The translations under genes were made by a program, and so were the position numbers. The notes under the pieces are model-generated. The model did no database searches, had not been told where the DNA came from, and saw only the letters and a list, made by a program, of their open reading frames with translations. A stretch of 64,000 bases of DNA, taken from Mobula birostris (lineage: Eukaryota). The DNA lies in assembly GCF_030028105.1 (NCBI RefSeq), contig NC_092374.1:56305016-56369015 (forward strand), written 5' to 3'. Each line of letters opens with the position of its first letter. Within the stretch, counting starts at the first letter, position 1. Below are positions 25,634 through 39,163 of the stretch, in pieces.

Positions 25634-27594
25634 TTAGAACCATAGAACCATAGAAACTACAGCACAGAAACAGGCCCTTTGGCCCTTCTTGGCTGTGCCG
25701 AACCATTTTCTGCCTAGTCCCACAGACCTGCACACAGACCATATCCCTCCATACACCTCCCATCCATGTATCTGTCCAATTTATTCTTAAATGTTAAAAA
25801 AGAACCCACATTTACCACCTCGTCTGGAAGCTCACTCCATACTCCCACCACTCTCTGTGTGAAGAAGCCCCCGTTAATGTTCCCTTTAAACTTTTCCCCC
25901 CTCACCCTTAACTCATGTCCTCTGGTATTTTACTCCCCTTGACTCAGTGGAAAAAGCCTGCTTGCATTCACTCTATCTATACCCATCATAATTTTATATA
26001 CCTCTATCAAATCTCCCCTCATTCTTCTACGCTCCAGGGAATAAAGTCCTAACCTATTCAAGCTTTCTCTGTAACTGAGTTTCTCAACTCCCGGCAACAT
26101 CCTTGTAAACCTTCTCTGCACTCTTTCAACCTTATTTATATCCTTCCTGTAATTTGGTGACCAAAACGGAACACAATACTCCAGATTCGGCCTCACCAAT
26201 GCCTTATACAACCTCATCATAACATTCCAGCTCTTATACTCAATACTTTGATTAATAAAGGCCAATGTACCAAAAGCTCTCTTTACGACCCTATCTACCT
26301 GTGACGATACTTTTAGGGAATTTTGTATCTGTGTTCCCAGATCCCTCTGTTCCACTGCACTCCTCAGCGCCTTACCATTAACCCTGTATGTTCTACGTTG
26401 GTTTGTCCTTCCAGTGTGTAATACCTCACACTTGTCTGTATTAAACTCCATCTGCCATTTTTCAGCCCATTTTTCCAGCTGGTCTAAGTCCCTCTGCAGG
26501 CTCTGAAAACCTTCCTCACTGTCTACTACACCTCCAATCTTTGTATCATCAGCAAACTTGCTGATCCAGTTTACCACATTATCATCCAGATCATTGATAT
26601 AGATGACAAATAACAATGGACCCAGCACTGATCCCTGTGGCACACCACTAGTCACAGGCCTCCACTCAGAGAAGCAATTCTCTACCACCACTCTCTGGCT
26701 TCTTCCATCGAGCCAATGTCTAATCCAATTTACCACCTCTCCATGTATACCTAGCGACTGAATTTTCCTAACTAACCTCCCATGCGGGACCTCGTCAAAG
26801 GCCCTACTGAAGTCCACGTAGACAACATCCACTGCCTTCCCTTCATCCACTTTCCTGGTAACCTCCTCGAAAAACTCCAACAGATTGGTCAAACATGACC
26901 TACCACGCACAAAGCCATGTTGACTCTCCCTAATAAGCCCCTGTCTATCCAAATGCTTGTAGATTCTGTTTCTTAGTACTCCCTCCAATAACTTACCTAC
27001 TACTGACGTTAAACTCACCGGCCTATAACTTCCTGGATTACTTTTCAATCCTTTTTTTAACAACGGAACAACATGAGCCACTCTCCAATCCTCTGGCACT
27101 TCATCCGTAGACAGCGACATTTTAAATATTTCTGCCAGGGCCCCCACAATTTCAACACTAGTCTCCTTCAAGGTCCGAGGGAACACTCTGTCAGGTCCCG
27201 GGGATTTATCCACTTTAATTTTCCTCAAGACAGCAAGCACCTCCTCCTTTTCAATCTGTAGAGTTTCCATGGTCTCACTACTTGATTCCCTCAATTCCAC
27301 AGATTTCATGCCAGCTTCCTTAGTAAATACAGACGCAAAAAACCTATTTAAGATCTCCCCCATTTCCTTTGGTTCCGCACAAAGCCGACCACTCTGATCT
27401 TCAAGAGGACCAATTTTATCCCTTACAATCCTTTTGCTCTTAATATACTTGTAAAAGCTCTTTGGATTATCCTTCACTTTGACTGCCAAGGCAACCTCAT
27501 GTCTTCTTTTTGCCCTCCTGATTTCTTTCTTAAGTATTTTCTTGCACTTCTTATACTCCTCAAGCACCTGATTTACCCCCTGTTTCCTATACAT
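25634..27594 (-). mobile_element. 5'-truncated young CR1 LINE
   Basis: RT ORF 25930-27594, C-terminus continuing in another frame (25714-25905), and a (ttctatgg)-type tail at about 25634-25650. Confidence 0.95.
25930..27594 (-). CDS. CR1 ORF2 reverse transcriptase domain (5'-truncated)
   Basis: 554 aa with YRPVSLTS, QHGF, YVDFSRAFDEVPH, GVPQGSVLGP, FADD and RPNLEYC motifs. Confidence 0.85.
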   Translation of the reverse strand: MYRKQGVNQVLEEYKKCKKILKKEIRRAKRRHEVALAVKVKDNPKSFYKYIKSKRIVRDKIGPLEDQSGRLCAEPKEMGEILNRFFASVFTKEAGMKSVELRESSSETMETLQIEKEEVLAVLRKIKVDKSPGPDRVFPRTLKETSVEIVGALAEIFKMSLSTDEVPEDWRVAHVVPLLKKGLKSNPGSYRPVSLTSVVGKLLEGVLRNRIYKHLDRQGLIRESQHGFVRGRSCLTNLLEFFEEVTRKVDEGKAVDVVYVDFSRAFDEVPHGRLVRKIQSLGIHGEVVNWIRHWLDGRSQRVVVENCFSEWRPVTSGVPQGSVLGPLLFVIYINDLDDNVVNWISKFADDTKIGGVVDSEEGFQSLQRDLDQLEKWAEKWQMEFNTDKCEVLHTGRTNQRRTYRVNGKALRSAVEQRDLGTQIQNSLKVSSQVDRVVKRAFGTLAFINQSIEYKSWNVMMRLYKALVRPNLEYCVPFWSPNYRKDINKVERVQRRFTRMLPGVEKLSYRESLNRLGLYSLERRRMRGDLIEVYKIMMGIDRVNASRLFPLSQGE

Positions 27595-28664
27595 TTGTGA
27601 TGCAGGACTTTGTGATGCAGGACTTTATTCCTTCCACTGATGTTATAAAAGACCTCAGTGTTCAGAACAACATGATGAAGGAAGGCTTATTTTTCTTACT
27701 ATAGGCTTCCTTTCAAAATAGAGGGACACCCATTTAGATTGGAGATGAAGAGGAATGGCTTTAACCAGAGACTGGTGAATCTGTGGAATTTGTTGCCACA
27801 TGCAGCTGAAGAAACCAAGTCACTGAGTATATTTAAGGCAGAGGTTGATAGATTCTTGATTAGTCAGGGCGTGAAGGTGTTTGGGGAGAAGGCAGGAGAC
27901 TGGGGTTGAGAGGCAAACGGATCAGCCATGTTGGATGGCAGAGCAGACTCAATGGGCCAAATGGCCTAATTCTTAAAGTCTTATGGTCCTCTTTTCAAAT
28001 TTGTTCGGAACGCAGGGAAAAGCACAAAGCCTGAAAGAAAAACTTGTATTTTTAAAGTTTCTTTCATGCCTTTGTTTTCTGAGGATGTCATTGTAATGTA
28101 GAAAATGTAGAAAACAAATTGTTCAGAGCAGGAAACACAAGACTCTTCTGATGCTAGAATCTGGAGCAGCTAACTAACTCAACAAGTAAGGTAATATCTA
28201 TAATGGGAAATGGAAAGTCAAGGCTTTGAATCAAGACCTTTCTTCTAGATTTGTCAGCCTGAATAAGGGGTCTTGTCCCAAAACATCAGCTGTGCTTTTC
28301 CCTCCACAGGTGCTGCCTTCCAGCTTCTTGGTTGCTCAGATAAAGGACCCTACTACTAGCGAGATAATAATAACCAAACAAGCTGTTTCCATTCATTGTT
28401 TAAGGCATTCATTTAGTGCAGACAATGGCTAGGAACCCATGCCCTTCTTTGAATTTTTCCGTTGTTCTTTTTGCACATAAGAGGAAAGACTTAATTTCAT
28501 ATCTCAGCCAGAAGAGCTCAGACAATGTAGCTCTCTATCAGCACTCTGCTAAAGTGTCAGGATTTGCATTGTTTATGAAGAACTCAGACCTTATAACCTT
28601 CAAGCACATAGCCAAGTGCACTATCCATTGAAATACTGTACTTGGCATACATGTGATTTCACAG

Positions 28665-29530
28665 AATCAGAGAAACATACGGTACAAAAAGGGGCCCCTC
28701 GCAGCCAAACCTCATCCATGCTGACCATGATTCTTATCTGTGCTCATTCCATTTGTCTCCATTAAGCCCATATCTCTCTGCTCCCTTCCGATCCAGGAAT
28801 TTGTCCCTATGTCTCTTGGAGCTATAAAAATATCTGCTCCCAGCTCCTTCCTGATAACCACCCTCTTCTGTGTGAAAAGCTTATCCCTTAGATCTCCTTT
28901 ACATTTTTCTCACCTTAAACCTGTGCCAATGAGAGAAAGGTTCTGACTGTCAGTCTGATCTATGCTTTCATAATCTTGTAAACCTCTAAAGAGAATATCT
29001 CAGACTTCTATGTTCCAGTGAGAATAAATCCAGCCAATCCAATCGCTCTTTACAACTACAATGCTCCGTTCCATGCAACATTCAGGTGAATCTCTTCTGC
29101 ACTTACTTCATACTGCATTCTTCCTATAATGTGAAGCCAGAAGTGTAGACAATAACCTGTGTAGTCTAATCTATGTTTTGTATAATACAAAATAATGTCC
29201 CTTCTTTTATAATGCTTCAGCCTGTGAAGGCAAGCATGTCACATGCCTTTTCCACTTGTGTTTCAACTTTCAGGGAGCTATGGACATGACCCCAAGGCTT
29301 TCCTGCACATCAATACTCCTAAAATCTCCTGCATTTACTCTATGTACCCTGATAGAATTTGGCCTCCCAAACTGCATTACGTTGCCTTTGTCTGGATTTG
29401 ATTCCATCACTGCCCTACATTCCAGATAATCTGTCTTGCTGCATCTTTTAGAAATGCTTTCCATTAGCCACAGCTCCAGCAATTCTGTGTTGTCTGCAGT
29501 CATATCTCCAAGTTATTTCTGTGTATTACA
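28665..29530 (-). mobile_element. Old CR1 3' fragment
   Basis: Degenerate RT C-terminus (TADNTEL, NPDKGNVMQFGR) and 3' UTR. Confidence 0.7.
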
Positions 29531-30004
29531 AAAAACAAAGATCTCCTTTCCTTTCTATTCTTATATATTAACGTTCAAAAGTTGCAAGCAAGCTTTTTAA
29601 CCTTTGGTTTCTATCACTTCACATTCACCCCACCCACTGCCTGTCACTCACATGGGAATTATTCCTGATATGTGGACCATGTGCCACATGGTTCTGAGCA
29701 TCACTTTTCTAAATCTGCAAAGCTCATGCACTGAGTGCCTCACAGGATAGGTTGATCTATTATCTCCCTTCCCTCCTTTTGCAGAAGTCCTTGGTTTTAT
29801 TAACCCCTGCGGTTTACTAATAATCTCACATCCTGCTCAGATAATTGTGCATTCAGGCTTATACTGAGAATGAGGTGCACTGTCCCTGTTGACACAGCAG
29901 TGGATCACCAAAGGCGCATTTCATTGCTTGACTAACTGATGTCTGCATAAGATATTAATTAAAAGCAAAACATTGAGATTTTAATGTTAAAATATTTCTT
30001 TTTA

Positions 30005-30585
30005 TGGGAAGTTATGTTGCAGATTTATAAAGCTCCATTTAAGCTCTGTCTGGAGTATTGCATTCATTTCTAGTCACCTCATTATAAGAAGGATGTGGAG
30101 GTTGTGGAAAGGCTGCAGAAGAGGTTTACCAGGATGCTGTCTGGATTAGAAGGTAGGTGCTATAAGAGAGGTTGGACAATTGGGTTCTTTTCTCTGAAGA
30201 GGCAGAGATTGAGGGGAGACTCAAAAGAAGTTTCTATGATAGGCAGAGGTAGAGTAGACAACTGGCATCTTTTTCCCAGGATTGAAATATTTTATACCAG
30301 AGAACATGTATTTATGGTAAGGGGATAACTTCAAAAGAGATGTACAGAACAAGGTTTTTACACAAAGTGTTGAGGGGGCCTGGAATGCACTGCCAGGCTT
30401 GATAGTGGAGTTGGAAGCAAAACAGACATTTAAGAGGCTCTTGGATAGGCAGATGATCAGATGAAAATGCAGGGAACCACATTGCATAGGCAGAAGCGAT
30501 TAGTTTAATTACTAGTTTAACATTGTGAACTGAAGGGCCTGATCCTGTGCTGTATTGCCCTGTGTTCTGTGTTCTGTGCTCTATG
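30005..30585 (+). mobile_element. CR1 3' fragment
   Basis: VERLQKRFTRMLSGLE motif and tail. Confidence 0.8.
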
Positions 30586-32749
30586 TACCCACCAGTGCTA
30601 CATGGCATAAATGAGTTCTGTTGTTCGTAAACTAAAGCAAGCAGTCTCAGATATGAGAGCACTTACTGCAGAAGTAATTGTTAGCACTCCAGTCTTTCCG
30701 TGTTCAAAATATCTAGATAGAAGTAACTGGAAATGAATTCTTCATTTTAAAAATTGCTTTATTAAAATCCGAAACCTCACACATTGAAGCTGTCACTGAA
30801 AGGCAGCTTGAAGCCAAAGGTCCAGCAATAAATCTAAAATGCTCACTGCACTCCATTTTAAATAGAACTTTCTTCCTTTCAGTAACACACATTTCACTGC
30901 AGTTTTCAAAATGTCTTGCCACTTGCCCTAACTGCGCTGATCTAAACAAGATGATCCACTCTGAAGGGGCTGACAATCACAGAACTGGGGATGAGCTCTT
31001 TGAATGTCGTTCACATTTCAAAGCAACAGAACCTATGGCAAAATGAAGAATGAATATATTATTATTCTTTACTTCATTCACAGGACATAGACATTGATGG
31101 CAAGATAAGAGTTTAGAATTTGAGGGACTCAGTAAGCAGATTCTGAGATTAGTTAACAGGGAACCATATTACTGTACAAGTAGTGTCATATATGAAATAT
31201 ATCTTCAATACCAATACCATGTCAACTGGGCCCCCTCTTATTTCCCTATCTAAACTTCTCCTATTTTCCACTCTCTTAAAGTCACTCTTCCTCCTTGCAA
31301 AACTCTTCTTTATACCATAGTTATAACCATGACTCTTATGGACCATACCATACTTCTTCTTAACTTTGATTCTAACTTCCTTTTTATCAGACAATCTTTC
31401 TCTAAAAGACACCAGTGAAACAGATAGACCTTTATGATAATCCTTTCATACTCACTAACTTATTGACAGTAACTTCATAATTCCAGGTTTTTTAAAGTAA
31501 CATTACTTAAACTTCTTAATATATGTTTTACAGAGAAATATCCATTCTCACCTACATCACTGTTGACACTTCCTCAAGGAAGCTTCAGTAATGTCAGGGT
31601 TTCTAGGTCCACACAGGAGTTGCAATGTTTCAATTAACTGTTGCTTATTTTTTCCATTGTTTATATAAAATGGACTGTTCATAAAGTGAGCACAAGTCCC
31701 CATTACCGGAAAGAGAATTTATGTGAATACCCTGTGTAAGTTCAGGCCCAACACAATGACAGTTTCACCACTGATTACAATCAAAGGGAATTTGACTATT
31801 ATTCAACTTAGATTATTTTACCTGCTTACCTTTAGTCAGCTATATTGATTTGTTATTATTATTTGTTTTGCAATTACAATGACTGAACAGTAAGTAGGTT
31901 TTTAATATCAGAAACATAGTTTATTGAAAGGTGCAATAGCTAATCATGTAAAGCACATGGTTTAACTATCTGTTTTTCTCAACTATTTTGTGGCTTGTTC
32001 TGGTCTACCTCCCACATGATGAACTTAAATCACAGGAGACCCAGATGTTGCTCAGGAACATCTGTTTTCACGCCAGGTATGTCAGAAAACATTTCATGAA
32101 GCAATTGACCTGGATAGATGGCTCACAGTCACCTGTGAATTCTGAGCAAGTAAAGAGTCAGTTCCCAAACCAGCAATACAGATAATTGTTTTCCCAAAGA
32201 ATGGAGAGTTAGAATAATCCCATTTGCCTTCTTATTCAACTTCTGGTTTAGTTGGTAGCACTCTAACCGCCAAGGCTGAAATTCATGGGTCCAGGAATGA
32301 ACATAGAACATAAATCAGTACAGGACACGAGCAGGCTCTTTGGTCCACAGTGTTGTGAGAAACCAATTAAATTAGTGAACAAATTGTTAACTAAAATAAA
32401 CTCTTTTGCCTACACAATGTCCATATCTTTCCACTTTCCTCACATTCATGTGCCTATCTAAAATGTCTCTTAAAAATCTCTCATGTTTCCTCTACCCGCA
32501 CCCCAGGCAGCACATTCCTGGCACCCACAACTCTCAGTGTAAAAATTGTGCCCCTCATTTCTCCTTTGGAATTACCCTCTCTCACCTTAAATACATGCCC
32601 TCTGGTATTAGACATTTCAACCCTAAAAACAAGATATTGTCTGTGTACTCTATCTATGTGTTTCAGAAACATAAATATCTATTTGATCACTCTTCACCAA
32701 TGACTCCATGAAATCCCACATAACACTCCCAGTGCCAATGCCAAGAGAA

Positions 32750-33215
32750 TAAAAGAACGTAAGAAATAGGAGCAGGGGTAGGCCATCTGGGCCATCGAGC
32801 CTGCCCTGCTATTCAATAAGATCATGGCGGGTCTGGCCATGGACTGATTCCTTTTCCTCATGACCCTTAATTCCCTTACTATGTCAAAATCTATCCGACC
32901 TTGTCTTAAATATATTTAATGAGATAGCCTCCACTGCTTCATTGAGCAGAGAATTCCAAAGATTCATCACTCTCTGGGAAAAGCAGTTCATCCTCATCTC
33001 TATCCTAAAATCTACTCCCCCGAATCTTGAGGCTATATCTCCTAGTTCCAGTCTCACCTAACAGTGCAAACAACCTTCCTGCCTCTATCTTATTTATCAC
33101 TTTCATAATTTTATATGTTTCTGTAAGATCTTCTCTCATTCTTCTGAATTCCAGCAAGTACAGTCCCAGGTGACTCAATTTCTCCTCATAGTCTAATCCC
33201 CTCATCTCTGGAATC
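32750..33215 (-). mobile_element. CR1 3' fragment (duplicate at 46871-47335)
   Basis: LGLYLLEFRRMREDLTETYKIM. Confidence 0.8.
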
Positions 33216-33539
33216 AGAGGTTCTTGTACTGTAAGATTTTCCAGCTTTTCAGCATGATGTAAAATCTGTTTGCATTCTGAGGCTCATGCTAGAGATTTTG
33301 TCTTCATGTGAAAACAAGCAGGTAAGTTTATACCAGATTCCATGGTTGATAGAAGAATAACTTCCGGATGCTTAGTCAGTTACATAATGTTAACGGTGGG
33401 AGCTAGTTATGCCCAAACTTAGTTGTAATGTCACTCCAAATACTATTGTGGCTGTAAATTATAATACAGAGCCCTCTGGTCGTGGAAGGTGTGATAGAAA
33501 CATATGTTTTTTTTTCCCTTTTTATTTCACCCCTCGCTC

Positions 33540-34044
33540 GTTTGGAGAGGGTGCAGAAGAGGTTTACCAGGGTGCTGCCTAGTTTAGAGGGCATGTGCTA
33601 TCATGAAAGATTGGACAGACCTAGGTTGTTTTCTCTGGAGCGGCGGAGGCTGAGAGGAGATCAGATAGAGGTTTATAAGATTATGAGAGGCATAGGAAGA
33701 GTATATAGCGAGTTTCTTTTTAGCAGGGTAGAAATGTCTAATACCAGAGGGCACGTATTGAATGTGAGAATGGGTAGGTTCAAAGGGAATGTGAGGGGCT
33801 AGTTTTTTACTCAGAGAGTGGTGGGTGCCTGGAATGTAGTATCTGATATGGTCATACAGGCAAATACATTAGAAGCTTTTAAGAGACATTTGGATAGGCA
33901 CATGAATTGAGGAAGATAGGGGTATATGGACATTGTATACGTAGGAAGGATTAGTTTTTGGGGGTTTTGATTTAATTTGTGCTGGTTCGGCACAACATTG
34001 TGGGCCAAAGGGTCTGTTCCTGTGCTGTACTGTTCTATGTTCTA
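33540..34044 (+). mobile_element. CR1 3' fragment (duplicate at 47660-48164)
   Basis: LERVQKRFTRVLP...LERRRLRGDQIEVYKIM and ttctatg tail. Confidence 0.85.
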
Positions 34045-36258
34045 CTTCAATGTTAACACAACTATCAAAATATACATAGGTATCCCATTTTTATCAGAAT
34101 ATTTGAATATTAAAAATATATGAACACAATTGCTTATAGGCCTCCATTCAATGTAGCATTATTTAGTGTGAACTATATGAAAAGAAGGGTTTTGGCCCGA
34201 AACATCGACTATACTTTTTTCCATAAATGCTGCCTGGCCTGCTGAGTTCCTCCAGCATTTTGTGTGTGCTGTTAGTGTGTTGTTAGAGAAGCTGTGTAGA
34301 AAAAGTGGAGAGAATCGGGTGTAAAATATCACAGTGTCACATAGCGAAGTGAATAGACAGATAGAGTGTGGACAGTGTAGAGAGAGTCAACATATAAGTG
34401 TGGACAGTGTGAAGAAAAACAATGCAGAATACCTAGTGTGGAGAACGTGGAGAGTACCAGCATAGGATCCACTGGTCTCGGCAGTATGGACTGTCAGTGA
34501 GGTATATGTTGGTCTGGAGATTATGGAGAGGATCAGGTGATTTCCAAGTGATCAATGTGAGAGAATTAGAGCATGATATCCCAGACACGCTTTTACTCAA
34601 TGCTGTTTGACCTAAGTGAAGAAATGGATACATCCCAAATCCATTTCTTTCTTTAGTATAAATGTTGTAGTTCTAATAAAGAAATCTTTTTCTTCTATTA
34701 TCAAACCTTATGTTAAAAAAGTAAAAGAAATATTAACATTGTTTCAACGGGAATGGAGTAAGTTGTCCATCTGATCTCAGAGACTCACTGACACAATCAT
34801 CCATTATGAAAAATTTTCACGGCATGTCTTTTATGGCCCCATCCTAGAAAACACTTTGTGATTAAACTGAGCACAGATGTTTTCCTTTTATTCAGAGGCT
34901 GAAGAGTCAAGGGGCAAACACTAAACATTCCCTTAGCAACCACATTGCCACCAGTGAATAAAGACAACAGACCTAAACTAACTAGCTAAATCATTCCCAG
35001 TAACATAGCCTGAACAACTGCCTAGGTAATAAATACTGCAAACTGCACAAAGCTGAGTGCATTTCAGTGCTGCACTTAATTCATGACAATTCATTCCTGC
35101 TGCCCAGAGGGAGCAGCTCTTGAGATTGCATCAAGTGGCCTTCACTGAGAGAGGGTCATGCAGCCTGAATTCTCCACATGATCCTCCTCCGACCCGCTGC
35201 ACCTCAGCCCAATCACCTATCCTCCTGTCCTTTGAAATTTCATCAGTTGATACAGCTTACCATTGGATCCACCTCCACTATTTGCTTCAAACACTCCCTG
35301 TGGAAGCCGCTTCCACATTGTCTCTACTCTTTGACTAAAGGTGTTCTCCTGATTCCTCTATTAATTTATCACAGACTATTCCCAATGAAGGACTTGGTTC
35401 TTTCCTTGCTTGAATATGGAAAATCTTCTGCGTGTCAAATGGTATCAAACTGTGTTATAGTTTCAGAAATTGACTTAGACTTCCCCCTTTTAAAGAACTC
35501 TATCCTGATCAGCCTATTCTGTTGTTAGAATCTTATGTTATCACCCTAGCAACAAGGAAATCCAAACTGAGCCCAGTTTTATCTGAAGTCTGTTTCTACA
35601 CTTTAGTTAATAGAGTGAGAGGCCACTCATGTCAGACCTTCCAATTCCATAGCACACAATGCCTTCTTTCATCAGAGGAAGCTGCACTAAATGAGCAAAA
35701 GCCTGGCTAACAAACTATGAAAATGCTAATGAAATAAATTTAAACCCCTACCACTTAGTAAACTTCCTATTTCTCAAAACATCACCCTGCCTTAGCTCAC
35801 CTTTTGCTGGGATGCCTTTTGTAAACTCTGGATTTGTCCACTCCAGTGTAAACACTGCAGATGCCAGACTCTGGAGCAAGAATCTGCTGCAGGAACTCAG
35901 TGGGTCGAGCAGAATCGGTGGGAGGAAGGGCTTCAGTCTTGTTGATAGGTATCTTTCTAAATTTCTAAGTCTTTGTGAACTTAGTTATCCAATTATCTGA
36001 TGTTAGTGTTCTAAATTATATCAAAATCCATTCACCAATAGCCACTTTACACAGTGAAATTATCTGTTTCCTAGTAAAGCAATAGGTTAATTTTAACACT
36101 CTCGTCCTTGTTTCCTTATCTGCCCCCAGTCTCTATCACCTCGTCATACCCTAGAAATCTCTCTATTCCTCTAAATGAGGCCTTCTGCCCTCTGCTCATT
36201 TTAACCATTCTACTCCAGTAGTCATGCCTTCAGTTGCTAGAGTACTCTGTAGAACATC

Positions 36259-38253
36259 ATCATCATCATCATGTGCCATGCCCAGTTCGTGCTTTGACTG
36301 CTATGGCCCATACACTCCTGTTTCAGGTCAAGTGGATCAATTCATTGGTATTCATCTCCAGTTCTATGGCTGCTGTCTCCATCATCATTTGTCTTTGCCT
36401 TCCTCTTGCTTTCTTCCCTTCAATCTTTCCCATAATTACTGTGCATTCTAACTCCTCTTTCCTAATCACATGTCCAATGAAGTCATGTTGCCTTTTCATG
36501 ATCTCATACATTATTTCTCTTTTTCTGCTTGCTCTGTTCATGACATCTTCATTAGATATTCATTTCATCCATGATATCCTTTGCATCCTCCTCAAAAACC
36601 ACATCTCTGCTGCTACAATTCATTTCCTCATGTTACTAGATATTGTCCAACATTCTGAGCCATATAATAAAACTGGATAAACGTAACATTTCAGTACTCT
36701 GAGGCGGGTTGTCATGCCTAGATTAGTGTTGGTCAGTATACTCTTCATTCTCCTGAAGGTGTCTTTTGCCATCCCTATTCTTCTTTTGATGTCCATGTCA
36801 CACCTGCCATCTGATGTCACCCAGCTTCCTAAGTAGCAAAAGTTCTTTACTTGTTTTCTGTCTTCCCTGTTTATTCTCAGCCTGCAGATAGGATTCTCCT
36901 TCTTTTTGGATATCACCATACATTCTGTCTTTTTGCAATTGATAGATAGACCCACCCATTTCTGCACTTTCTTCAACAACTATATCAATTAAGTTTTGTA
37001 GTTCTTCCTCTGTACTTGCAATTAACACAGTGTCATCCGCATATGTAAAATTATTGATGTTTTCACTGCCAACTTTGATTCCCAAGATGTCTCTTATTTT
37101 TTGTAATATTGTTTCACTGTAGACATTAAATAAATCAGGGGAGAAAACATACCCTTGTCTAATGCCTCTCTTGATTTTCATAAACTGACTCACTGGTCCG
37201 TCTATTCTTACAGCGGCAGTCTGTTCCCAGTACAGATCTCTGATTAGGCAGAGGTTTTTCGAATCTAGATCTAGAGTTTCCTGTAATATTTCGAATAAGT
37301 TATTGTGCTTCACTTCATCAAATGCTTTTGTGTAGTCGGTAAAACAAACAACAAATCTTTTAGCACTCGAATAGCTCGTTCTGGTTGTATCCTCAACATC
37401 TATATTGCATTTCTTGTACCTTTGTCTTTCACAAAACCACATTGTTCTTTACCTATTTCAGCTTGTATCTTACTTTTAGCTCTTGTCATCAAAATTCTTA
37501 GAAGTATCTTGGTGATATGACTCATTAAACTTATGGTCCGATGTAATTCACATTCTATTGCTCCAAGTTTCTTAGAAAGAGTGATAAATACAGATTTTTT
37601 CATCTCTTCTGGTATTATTCCCAGTCTCATAAATGTCATTGATTAAATCAGTAAGCTTTTCAATTCCATAATCTTCAAGGACGATAATTTGTTCTATTAC
37701 TAATTCATCAGGACCTGCTGCTTTTCCTTTCTTCATCTTATTTGTTGTATTACGAACTTCAGATTTTAAAATACTTGGACCTTCAATGTTCTTCTTAATT
37801 TCCTTTTTTTCACCTTGATCGTCTTCAAACAATTCCTGAATATACTCAGTCCATCTGTTCATAATCTCATCTTTTTTCATGATAATGGTACCGTCCTTTG
37901 CTTTCAAGCATCCATCTGAAGAACAGAGGAGCTTTTTACCAGTGATATTCTTGATTTGTTGATGTAACCTTTTTGGATCAGTAATAGGGATTCTTTCTAT
38001 TTGCTCACATTCCTGGTTTACCCATTCTTCTTTTGCTTTTTGACATAAGCTTTTAACTTTTTTATCTAAGGACTTATATTCTATAGGATTTGCTTTCTTC
38101 TGTCTCCTTTCTTCCATTAGATTTTTGATTTCATCTGTCATCCATTTATTCTTTGTGCTTTTTTCTTTTTTAGGGATCACTGACTTTGCTGATTCTACCA
38201 AGGCATCCTTTAGAGAGTTAAATTTCATTTCTACATGATTGCTATCATCTTCA
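36259..38253 (-). mobile_element. 5'-truncated RTE-clade (BovB-like) LINE, frameshifted
   Basis: ORF pieces with KAAGPDE, HRTISLMSH, DYTKAFDEV, GIRQGYVFSPDLFN, YADD and LLYGSECW. (ATG)n tail. TSD actctgtagaacatc (36244-36258) / actctctagaacatc (38254-38268). Confidence 0.92.
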
Positions 38254-38842
38254 ACTCTCTAGAACATCCTTCCCAATTCTCTTGTCTTCCTGCCTCTTTT
38301 TGACCCTATAAGAAATTCCTTAAAACCTTTTGGGTTTTTTTTTATTTACTTTTTAGCTGGTCCGGCACAACATTGTGAGCTGAAGGGCCTGATCCTGTGC
38401 TGTATTCTTCTATGTTATGTTTTTAAAACTTTAACAAAACAGTGGGTCTCCAGTCCTAACCTCCTTGCATAGTTTGAAGTCTTTTTGTTTTCATTTCATT
38501 ATATTGTGAAATGACTTGGATGTCACGCTACAGTTGTTGATAGTTTGTGGTACAGCTCCTGATTTGCTGTGAATTCATTTACAAAAGTTCATGACATCCA
38601 TCTGTCAAACACACCATTACAAGCTGAGTTTTCAAATATGTGACAGATGTACAAATGTGACCAATTAAGCTACCATTTTCATTTGACAAATACAGTAATT
38701 TCTTGCATTCTAATTTACTTTTTTCCTGCATTTGCTGCACATTTTTACATGGTCACTCTTTCTCTGTGGCATGTTAATAACAATAAAGTTGTGAAAATAA
38801 CTAGATGGTCTTGGCATGGGAAACTATCAGATGGTGATTGAT

Positions 38843-39163
38843 AACACAAAATAATCTGCAGATGCTTGGGTCAAAGTAACACTCACAAAATCCTATGTTC
38901 ATACCAAGGGGCTGGAGACTACCTAGACGGTATATGAGGGGTTGCTCCTCCAACCTGAGTTTAGCCTCATCATGGCAGTAGAGGAGGCCATGTATGGACA
39001 TATCTGAATGGGAGTGGGAAGCAGAGTTGAAGTGGGTGGCTACTGGGAGATCCTGTCTGTTGTGGCAGATGGAGCGGAGATGCTCGACGAAGCGGTCCCC
39101 CAATCTGCGTCGGGTTTCACCGATGTAGAGGAGTCCGCACCGGGAGCACCAGATGCAATAGAT
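38843..39163 (-). mobile_element. Inverted arm of the same Penelope-like insertion
   Basis: Reverse complement of the PLE 3' tail joined to the reverse complement of the GIY-YIG region (GDRFVEHLRS...). Confidence 0.85.

Noticed and set aside
31149-31412. Lys/Arg-rich 87-aa ORF
   Set aside because: Explained by purine-rich strand bias; no supporting motif.
36234-36680. ORF with His7 tract and hydrophobic segments, as a possible membrane protein
   Set aside because: It is the antisense of the RTE 3' end; the His run is the (CAT)n complement of the (ATG)n tail.
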